Shown: in pieces, positions 41,101-53,100 of the stretch
Numbering within the stretch: position 1 is the stretch's first letter
Layout: each line of letters opens with the position of its first letter
DNA from: a virus
Direction: 5' to 3' (one strand)
DNA length: 64,000 nt
IMG/VR virus record: IMGVR_UViG_3300025005_000002
Coordinates: 114,009-178,008 of that record
The notes under the pieces: model-generated
What the model was told of the DNA's origin: nothing
The model's input: only the letters and a program-made list of their open reading frames with translations
Database searches by the model: none
Position numbers and translations under genes: made by a program

Positions 41101-44100
41101 TATTACATGGCCCTTTCGAAGACCTAATAGATTTTAGTGATTTTGAAAGGGGGGTCCGTAATGTACAAAATGATTTACGTAGATTTACCAATATAATAAG
41201 AGATAATAATGAATTAGAAGTAGCAATAAATCGGTATTTTAAGATCAAAATAAATAATTTTGTGGCGGAATTAAGGGGGTTAAGTACCCCTGATAGGGCA
41301 AATGATTATAATAAGAAATTAAACGAGGCAACTGAATTTGTTTTGGGGGTTATGGGGTACACACCAACTGAAAAAAGGCGTTTTGTGTTGTTAGATATAC
41401 CAAGTATTGACGCGGTTGACATCACTAAATTTGATAGGGGTGCTGATGTTATATTTGCGCATACAAATAAATTAGTTAAAGCAGCAACAAAGGAATGGAT
41501 GGAGAAGGTCAAGCACACAAAGGTTATAGAGGATAAGGCAAAAACCACAAGTAATAAGGAAGTAGCTAGGATACTTACTGAAAGAGAAGCTCTTGTTATA
41601 ACCTTAGAAAATAAGACTAATGATTTATTGGGCATTGGAAGGAAGATAGCTGCCATATCTAGTTCATTACCAAAGGATAAAGCGGAAGAATTTAATGCTG
41701 CAGTTGATTATAAAACTGAAAATGAAGTTGCATATGCGTTTTTAAATATGCGACATTTGGATAATAGTAGGACCATTCTTCGTGGAGAAATAGCTGATAT
41801 TCGCATGAAGATTGCTGAATTAGATATAAAAAGGTTTAAAACATTTAATATGGCAAACCCTGATCAGGGTACAGACGATGTTATTGGTGGGTTTAATGCA
41901 ATCAGATCTGGGAAAATAAACCCAGAAGCTGCCAATGAAGTTTCTAACATATTAGCAATGGCAGATGCTAAGAGAGATGAGAAATCTAAGCTTGTATTAG
42001 TATTACAAAAAATGCAGGATTTACATAATGAACGATCTAGGATGGTAGAGAGGGGGAGTAGGGAGGTAATAAATAAAGAAATATTTAGCATATTTGCTGC
42101 GGAAACCAAGTTATCTAATCCATATATATATGAAAAGGTAGTAATACCAGCTATAAATAATGTGTATTTTTCTGATGCCGAGGTGGATGGGCATATTAGG
42201 CTTATGATTGAAGCTATAGATCTTAAATTAAATGAACTTGATGCGATTATTGGAAAGACAGAGAAAGCAATAAAGACATTAAAAGGGTATTCCCGTAATA
42301 TAGATATACCATTTAAAAAGTTTGTGCGTAAGGATATGAGTGACAATGCCTTTGTTATTAGTAGCCCGCATGTTATATTGGAATTAAATGGTGATCAAGT
42401 TGTAGCTGCAAAACAATTTGCCCCTGGGTTATATACTGGGAGAATCGACCGTCCTGGGTTGCCAATTGATTTAATGAAAGAATTTGGTCTTTCTGGGGAA
42501 AGTGCATTCTTATTCCCTACTATGATTGATGGTACAAGAGTATATAAATTAAATATACCGGTTCATGCTACAGCAAGGCAAGCTAATGCATTAATTATTG
42601 AGGCTGAAAACCAGGCAAATCATTTTGGTGTGGATACTCTTGTTGTTGAATTCCCAGCAAGGATATATAGAAATTTTGTTCCTAATTCTGATGAATTTAA
42701 AGCATTGCGTAAATATTACAATATGTCAATGGTGGATGGTAAAAAAGTACCAGAATTTGTATTTCCAAGGGCAATAGACAGGTCAAGAACAGTTATATTT
42801 GGTTCTGGGTATCACTATGACGTATCAGAAGACAATGAAATTAGAAAATTTCAAACTATTATTTCGAAAAGTGGTATTGGTGATTTTTTAAAGGAACCAA
42901 AAAGATTAGAGTTAATGCTTGAAGCAGACCATATAAAATTTTATGATAGAATAAGCCAGATTACTGATGATATTGGTACCCCAGTGCAAAAAGCGATTAT
43001 TAATGGAGAGTTAGAAAATTGGAGGGTAGCTGTATTAGAGGCTATGGCTGGTAAATATATTAATACAGTAAATAGTGCAAAGAAGAAGAGTGTTGGGTCA
43101 TTTTTTGATGAAGCCCTGAATATATCTAGAGGTATTGAGCCCATAGAATTTCCAGTTGTTGTGTTTGTAGATAAAAATAATGCAATACGTATTAAAAATC
43201 TTGGAGTTTTACATTCTGGGGGAGCGATTGATCCATATTCATATGTTTTATTAAATAGTGGTAAGGGGTTCTTACCTAATGATGCTCAATTTTCAGTTAT
43301 AATCTCTGGGACAGCAGATAGGTTTAGGGTTACTAATGCTACTGGTACCCTTCCAAAAGAAGTGTCTTTTAATACGATCTTACACACGATTACAGACATA
43401 GTATCTACAAAAACTAGGGTAAAATATACAATAGATGTGGCAAGTGTTGAGAGAGAGATTCAAGAATCTTATGATGAAATGGATAAAGCAATAAAGAGAT
43501 TACAAATACCGCAAGAGGTATTAGATTATATAACTAAAGGAGAAAAACGATTAAAAGAAACTTTGGCTAGAGATATATTGGCCTCCCCTGGCATTCGTTC
43601 GAAAGAAAATGCTGCCATGAAAAAGTATTATGCCAATATTAGAAAGTTGTATGCTGAAGTATTGACGAAACATGAAAGGTTTACTGATCTCCATAAGTAT
43701 GTGTCAATTAAGAATAAGTATCTTGGTGAGGCCGGGAAAAGAGTTTATAGTGATAATTTAGTTGATGATGGGATAATAACAATAGCTAAGAAATCACTTA
43801 GTGATATGGGTATAGCTGTATGGTTTGATAATAGTATACCAATACAATCAATACCAGCTTCATTTTTAGACCTTCAAATTAGAGAAGTCCGTGCGATGAT
43901 AAATGTAGACCCACAAAAGTCTTCTGAATTATATGAAAAGTTAGAAACGTTGAAGGCTATGCGTAATGGTTTTGTTAATTCAGAAAGTAGAACATTAGTA
44001 TTTAATCCTGATACTAGTGTCATATATAATGAATATTTACTTCGACAATTGATCGATGTAGATCTTAGATATGCCAATATAATTAAAGATGAAGTACTGC

Positions 44101-47100
44101 AGGCCCAGGTTATGCAACAGATTAGTTTGTTGCGTTATAGTATTAAAAGAGATTCAGAAATTGCTAATAAGGTACGTTTATATCGAGAGATTAATAAGAT
44201 TATTGGTGAGTTATCTGATAGTAAGGGCAATTTTGCTCTTGGTAAGGAGTTGTTAGAACTTAGAATAGAAACTGTATTGACACCAGCAAAACAAGCCAGG
44301 AAAAATGAATTAGAAACATTATTAACATATTTTACATCTTTATCTACTAATAAGACAGATTTAGTATCAGATATTGAGAATATGATGGTAATTAAAGCTG
44401 AACCGTCGAGTATGGCTGATTGGTTTAAATTGCGTAAGCATGTGGTCCAGACTGTTGTAGAAAATTGGGTATCAGATGCTAAGACGTCCTTATCTAGGAT
44501 TTTGCCAAGGTCCATAGATTTTAAAAATGCGATTAATGGGTCACCAGTTCAATATATAAATTTATTTGATGCTAGGGATGTTAAGATTAGAGAATTGGCT
44601 GATGCTGCAAAAAAATTCTCAGAGGCCAATGCTGAACATGCGCGTCTTATTGAAAGAACTGGCATTAATGAGTATCAGGCTGAATTTTCTCGTATAAAGG
44701 ATAACATTGAAGAATTAGTGAAAAAGCGTGCTTCTATATTTGACAAATTTGATCAAGTGGCGGTTGCCGAAACTGCCTATGATGTTTTAGAGCGGCTAAA
44801 TAACGGTGATCCATTTTTTGATTCAGAAGTTGCTAAGCGTATGAAATATATACTGCGTATAAAATTGGAAGAGTTATCGTTAGAGAGGGATAAGGTACGG
44901 GCAACAGATCCTCTTAGGTATAATATTATTAATACAGATATTAAAAATATTGACGATGCATTAAAAGAGTTTGATAGGCTCAATAACCAAAATTTATTGC
45001 GTAGATCTGTTGGACTTGGGGTTGATTTGATTGACAAAGAGATAGAGGCCAATCGTAGTAGGCTTGTCGCACTTAATGATATATTGTCTAGGGTAGAGGA
45101 GTTAGGGCGTATTGAGACACTTGCCGGAGAAATAGCGTTACATTCAGAAACGGTGTCTGCATTATCTGCAGAATTAGAGGCTATTAAATTAAAGATTGAG
45201 TGGATACCGCATCAAATATCTGAAGATGCTCAGCATATATATTTAATGAAAACCCAGCGTATTGGGCAAATAAAACGAATGAATGAAACTCTTATATCAT
45301 TAAAAAATGAATATGATAAGGCAAGTGGGGGTACAGCAGTTCGACTTGGTTTTGAAATTAGCAAGATTGAGAAAGGGATACAAGAAATAGAAAAATCGCT
45401 TATTGACCCAGATAATGTACAATCGGTCAAAGAAGCTGAAGATAGGCTTGCCAAAAATATATTGCAGTATGATGATGTTAGATTGGCAAATATAGGATAT
45501 ATAAAAGAGCAGATAATAGAACACAGATCGGCACTTCAAACAGCAGATAAAAAGGAAGCGATTGCAATAAATGCAAGGTTAAAAATGTTAGAGGATATGT
45601 TAAAGAATAAAGATTTCTATAAACAGATTGAACAAACCCTTGGTGCATTAGGCCATGCTGAACATGAAAGATTTTGGTTATTAGCCAATAAAAATAAAGC
45701 ATATATGGACCCATCGTATACTGAACGTATAAAGGATGTTAATGAAGTTATCCAAGAATTGAGAACTCAATTAGTCGAATTAACTGGGCAAATGAGTGCT
45801 AAAGATCCATTTTACAATGTAAATATGATTAAACGAGATTGGGATACGCTTAAGAAAGTATCCAACAATATTATAAATTTAGTAAAACCATCACCAGAAG
45901 AGGTAGTTACAATATCTACCAATAATTTAAGTGAGATTTTTATCAAAAGGTATGCTCAACAACAATTTGCGAAGAAATTTAATGATGCAGCTGAAGGTGT
46001 AGACCTTTTGTTGGGAGGGCGTACAATTGATTATGGTGTAGTTACTGAGATAACATCCAGATTAAAGATAAAAACTATTGACGACCTTTCTTTCCTTAGT
46101 CAAAAGATCGAGGGAAGATTTATAAAAGAAACAGTTGGTAAGGGGTTAAGTGCAGAAAAAATAGCGGTACTAAAGAAGCAGTATATTTTAGAGGATTTAA
46201 TTGAATTTATGCATTCGCAAAAGATTAAAGTACCAAGTGCTGGTGTTTATGATAAGGGATTAAAGAAAATAGTTGGTGTTGGAGAACTTAGTAATTTTAT
46301 ACCAGGAAAAATATCAGCACCAATGGGTAAAATATTTAGTTCAATGTTGGAAGAATGGGTAACTACTTATTCTAAAGATTTTGATGTTATATCGGTAGAT
46401 AGATTTAAAGTGTTGACCTTATTATCGCGGGGTATAGATAAAGACAAGTTAAAGGCTAATATAGGTAAACTAGAAAGAAGAGCACACAATTTAAGGGTTA
46501 AAACAAACGAAATATCAATAGAAATGAGTAATACTTATAATAGTCTATTACGAGAATATGATGCAACAGTTTATGATAATTTAAAAATTGGTAATTTAAA
46601 AAGGAAATTGATAAGTTTGTTTAGGAAGCGTTCTGCGACAGACACAGAATTAGCTGATGTTGAATCATTAATCACGGTTGGGAAACAATTTTATCCTAGT
46701 GTTATAAATATTACAGATGTTGCATCAAATGTACAATTTAAGGATTCTGTTATTGATTTCCTTAGGTTATCACTAGGTAAAGATATGCTTATCAATGAAG
46801 CGGCTAAACTTGAGGAAGTTGATAGGAAATTTGAAGTATTAAATATAGCTAAAGCTAGTAGGAGAGTGTATACTATTGGTGATTATTTATATAATGTAGA
46901 GAATATAAAACAATCTAGGTCTGAACTTGGTTTGTTATTAGATGGTGTTGTAGATGGTCTTATGCGGTCAGCAAATGATTATAATCCAAAAGCGGCTAAG
47001 ATGATAGCTTCCGATTTAGAACGGATTTTTAGAAGTGCTGGGGTTAATGTTAATACAACGTTTAAGGTAGCTGGATGGAATCTACCAAAAGTAAGGAGAA

Positions 47101-50100
47101 CCCTAAATCAAGCTTTAATTTTTGATATCTCTTCACCAAAGGTCGCAGCAGGAATACGAGAGGCCTTAAAGAAACACAATATAGAGGCAGACGAATTTAT
47201 TTATGATATGGTGCAATCATTACAGGGTATGTCTGGTGTTTCAACAGATAACTATGGAAGACATATCGTTGGTGCATTGCGCAATAATATATCTAATATC
47301 GTTGTCGAATTTTTTTCTAATTTGGCGCAAGGTACTGCGGAGATGCCTTTTATTAATCTGCAGCGTGGGTTATCTACAAAAGAAGCAGAAGAATATCGTA
47401 ATTTATTAGCAAGAGATATTGTAGGGACACTTGATGAAGATTTGGTTATTAGGAAAAAGGATTTGGAAAGGTGGTCTAGGGGGTATCGGCCCATGCCAAA
47501 ATGGGGTGGAGAATTTCTTCCATCAGGTCTTAAATCACAAGACACCATATTAAAAACGTATATCAAAGCGTATCTATTAGATGATGGTCGTATTGTGATA
47601 GCTGGTAATGAAGTGACGTATGACCAATATTATGGTATAGCTGAACCTAGATTTAGAATATTAAATGTACTACATGATAAACCACTTACGATTGCTGAGA
47701 AATATCTATTTGAAAATTATAATGCTGATAGGAAACGGTATAGTTCATTATTTATAAGCAAAAATTATGATGGTCGTGGAGTGGTTGCATCTGCCCTTGA
47801 AATAATATTAAAAGAGAAATTTGGTATTGATATTGAGAAGGAGCTGGTCGGTAGGCCTGATGCAATTTGGCAAAAATATAGAGACAAATTGGTAAAGATA
47901 AAACTTGCTCCATTGCGTGAATTTGCAGAGGGTGAGGCTAGGTGGATTGCTGATGCTGGGACAATTATCAATCATGCTGAATGGGTTGAATATGTCAATC
48001 ATTCAAATGATATATTTAATACATTTTTTACTTTATTAAACCGTTCTGGTGTTGATACCGATATTTTAAAAAAGGATGATAAGTGGGCTTCGGTGTATTC
48101 GCCCAAACTTGCAGAATTTGGTACAGTGCAAGAAGAGATGGGCAGGCTCAAATTAAGGATAGGACAATATGAGGCTGACATATTCGCCAGGGTTAATAGT
48201 GTTACTCCACGTGGGGTACAAATAGGGTTAAACCCAAAATCAATTACTAATTTTTTAATGAGGGGTATTATTGGGAAGGATGCGCGTGATATAGCTACCA
48301 GGTATAAAGGAGAAGTGTTTCCAACTGGAGAATTAGATGTATTTAGGCAATTAAAGAGTGTTTATGATTATTATCTACAGAAACCTGCAATGGAAGAGAT
48401 GTTAAAAGTTAATAGAGATAGAGAATCAACCGTGTTATCATTGTTACAACGTTCAAAGATAGATCCAATATCATTAGGGGTGGTTGAGGGTACTGAATAC
48501 ACAATAGATGACATTGATACTGTCTTTGAAGATGTGCTTGGTATGGTTAATAGGATGAAAGATAGGTTGGAGTCTGTTGATGTATACTATCCTGATCTTG
48601 ATGAGTTGGTCAAGTTACCACAAAAACAATTCATTAAAAATGTACCAGAGGTATTAGCTTCACTTGTATTAAATACTGTCAAAAATACCATAGCCACCAC
48701 ATATGAGCGTTTGCCATCAGTATTAGACAGTGCGTTAGAAAAAGTTGCGACTCTTGAAAGAAAGTTAGTTGGGATGCCATTCATTAGTGTGGAGTATAAT
48801 AAAGAAGCATTAAAATGGTCAGGTAATATAAAATTAATAAATGGTAATGTTGTTACTTTTAGTGGTGATGATTTTGTTAAAATTGAGCAAGAACTTGGCG
48901 TGTTGAATACCTCTTTTGCTGTGGCTATTGATGAGGCAGAGAGGGGGTTAATTCGAACAGACATTGAAAAACTTGAGACCATACGTGGTATATTGTCCGA
49001 TATACATAAAATGAAATTACAACTTGCTGAACTTGGTAGGGTATTAAATACTGATGTAAAAGATATAGAATTCAAGGTAAAACTTTTAGGGGCCCTAGAA
49101 ATTTTACAACATGAGTATGTATTTGTTAAGGGTGGGAAGCTTAAAAGGATAAAAGAAATACAGGATAGGATATATTTCCTTGTTGGAGACAGGGCAGATG
49201 AAAGTGGTGGTCGTATTTGGGAATTGTCTCATCCAGTTACTGGTGTAATATCTGAAGGAAATTATAAATTAATAAAGCAATTTAAAGCAGAATTGCAATC
49301 ATTAAAATTTGAGTTGAATGGGGGGATTGATAAAAAGGGTAGAGTAGTGGCTGGATTGGCTAATGTTGTTGAGGGGATTGAAGAAAGTGGTACAGTTATA
49401 GAATATACAACGTCTAAAGAATTTGTTATACATACTAGAAGTGCCTTAAACCAAGAATTACGATCGATCAAATCGTTTATTGATGATTTTGTGCCCAAAA
49501 TGTTGCGTATTGATGACATACGTGTTTTCCAGCGTATGCCACGGCCAATTCAAACGGTGGAATTGGCTGTAGGTGATGATTTGATAAATAATGTTAATAT
49601 AGTAATTAGTGATTTGTATGAGGCCATAACAGAGAAAAATAAGTTACTTACAATGCCGCAATTTACTCAAGAATTTGTTTCTCATGAGATTATGGCTAAT
49701 ATTAAACTTTTTGATTCTAAGATTAAAAGTTTAGAGATGCAAATTGTAAAGGCTAAAGCAGAAGGTGATAAGACGAAAATTAATTCTCTGTTAGTAGATT
49801 TGAATGAATTAACTTCAAGGCGTAAGGTTATTGGAAATGGGCTTGGTAAGGTTATTGCTGATGGGCAGATTTTATATTCTTCTGATGCTCAACGAATTAG
49901 AGATATTAATGTTTTGCGAATTGCGTTACGCGATGAACAAAATCCAGAAAAAGCTAAAAAAATAAAGGACGAGATAAGTAAATTAGAGTCTATAAAGCGT
50001 ACACCAGTGGAGATTGAAGTAATAGATGAAACAAAGGCATTAAGTGAATTAGAGGTTTTACAAGAGCGGATCATTAAAGATGGGATTTACGCTAACCCAG

Positions 50101-53100
50101 AAGATGTAGTTGCATATGAAGAATTGCAAATGAAATTAAATCAAGTTGCGGATGCCGGGTTACATATTAAGATGAATACTAAACAGATAGCAGCGTCTAC
50201 TCAATTGGATGAGTTGTTTAAAATGACCCAGAAAGTAAGTAACCATGAGTGGATGGTCTTGTATAAAGATAGGTACCTTAAATTAATGGATGATTTTGAT
50301 AGTGCTGGTGATATATTCCTCAATGCCAAATTTATAAATTCAAAACACCATAATCTTGGTGTTATGATGCGGCGTAATATGGATATTGAACAGATACTGT
50401 CTATGTGGTATGAAGATGTTAGAGGTATGTTAGCCCCAGAATTAAAGAAGGATATTGCTGTTTTAGTTGGTGAATTGACGGCTACTAACAGGGGGCATAT
50501 AAGTGCCCAACTAGAAGAATTAAGAAAGGAATTAGCATTAATTCCAGATAGTGATCGGACAATGTTATTGCGTGGGTACTATGAAAAAAGGATTGCGATA
50601 TTAGAAAATATACTTGGCATGATATCTAGGGGTGGTGTTACTAAATATCAGGCTGTGTTGTATGAGATGGGCATGCGCCTAACTGGTGGGGTTACTAACA
50701 GGGGTGATAAAATAAAAGGACTGGTAGCAGATAGACAAGAGTTGGTCGACCAGATAATAAGGATACAAGTAGATTTAGATTCACAATCTGTTTATCACAG
50801 ACGTATAGCAAAGTTACAGCATGATATAGCTGAGGTTGGGTATTCAGAGGATAGGGGAGTATACGCACAAACAGTAAAACCATTACAAGACGAGATTGAT
50901 CATATTACAAAGTTTAAGTTATTAGATGGTGAGGATATAATAAGGAAGCAGAAGTTAATTGAGGATTTAACTGTAAAGCGTGACGATTTAAGTAGTGGTA
51001 TATTAATGATAGAAACAGCTTTAAAGAAGGCATTAAATATTAATACCAATGAATATAAATATAATATAGGAAGGTTTAAAGAAATAGCAATGTCGTTACC
51101 TTTATCTATTGATGAGGCCCTATTTGTTGAAAAGATTACTCAGAAATTTCCGCGTGATATCATGAAGTTTGTTGATGATGTTGGCGTTCGTATTGGTGAA
51201 TCTGCTCTGTTTAAACCAAAACTCGATGAATTACGTTCTATGGTTGTTATTAGTAATGGACCAGCCATGGATATGATGCAGGCCATAGTTGATCAAATGG
51301 GGAGTTTGAGTACATATTCTATACCAGATGGCAAAGATATGGCTAGTGATTTGACAGCTAGGTTTAGGATTAAACCAGATTTTTTTGAGCGTGGTGAGTT
51401 ATTTTATCCAACTGAGATTTTACCAGATTTCGATACTACTACAGCTCAATTGATTGAATCTCAGAAGAGGTATGCGTCTGCGCTTAAAAAATTAAAACCA
51501 GGTACGGTTGAGATGTCCGAATATCAAATTCAAAGATTGCGTGAATACTTAGATAGTATGGTGATACCTGAGATTTCTGGGGACGATAGAAAGATATGGG
51601 TTACTGTGCTTGCGGAGCTTAAAAATAGAGGATATGATCCCATTAGAATGTTACCATCAAATGCGTATCAATTAAAGAAAAATTTGTTAAAGGGTATGGT
51701 AACAGATAAAACAATAACAAGACAAACGGCGAATGTATTTTGGGCAGCAGATGAGAAGATTAAAGCATATGCAGAAAAACAAGAACTTGGTAAATTGGAA
51801 GGAGTTGTTGGAGACTTAGCATCTGAAATTAAAATACAGATGGAAGTAGCAAATATCCGTGCCGCAATGGCAAGACAACGTGCTACAATTATATTAATAC
51901 AAAATCTGGTACATTATAGAGATTCGAATAAGCTTAAAAGAGAAATATTTAAAATGTCTAATACCGCAGATTTTGTAACTAAATATAAAGATTTTATTAC
52001 TTCTATAAACCCTGTTATGACTGAGATCAACTTACCAGGTAAGGTACAGACCATTAGTATGAATACTGGGTTTATGGAAAGATTGGCCAGTACATTTGCT
52101 AATGAAATATATTTATCTAGAATAGCTCCTGGTGGGGATATAATAAGAGACGTAAAAATACCATTTGGGGATGCAGTATTACATACAGAATTGACTGATG
52201 AGCGTATGCGCATATTACGTAAAATTGCGGCTGATGCTGCCGAACAACATGTAAAAGTTACCGGTGAAATGTTAAAATTTACTGATGATACAATTAAAAA
52301 TGCATATAAAATATTGAGTATGGATGGGGTAGTACCACTGTTTAAAAACTTTGCTATAGTTGATATTAGCAAGGATAAACTTGGTCAATATATACCGGTT
52401 TTTGATGGGGTAATAAGGGTTGATCTATCTATGGATGATTTGCAAAAAATATGGTGGCATGATCCTTTTACTGGGTATACAAGTGAAGCGAATACAGAGG
52501 GTCAAATATTAGAAGAATATATAAAAGCAGCATTTATTCGTGCAGATAATTTGGCGATCAAAGATACTATGCAGGAGATAATAAAGGCCGAACTACCAGA
52601 AAAAATTGATCAGATGTTTAATATTTTGCGTAGTCATATACCGTATGAAGGTACATTAAAATTTTTAGATGAAGCCTTAGGCATTGGGATAAAGCATACT
52701 GCAACAGTTGCAGAGATTATAAAGATGGCAAATAATCGTGTTGACAGGGTGCTTAATAGTTCATATTCGTTGGCATTATCTTTATTAAACGGTATAAGTC
52801 AGACTTCTATTGGGTTATTGTTTAGCCATGCAGCTGGTGCTAAAACATATTATAAAAAAGGTGTTAGATTCGCCAAGTATATTGGTGGTAGAAAAGACAT
52901 AGGGGGATTGCTGCGTGCATTGGCTACGAGTGCCTCATTTAAGGGTAGAGAAGAATTGTTTAATACTGCCGCAATGTTTATGAATGAAGAGACTAGGAGA
53001 ACTGTAACTGGTGTTAAAAATGTAATGAGTGCTATTTTGGCTGGTACTTATTTTACTACGGCAACAGAAACTTCTAATGCAGTAAATCAGGTTATCTCGG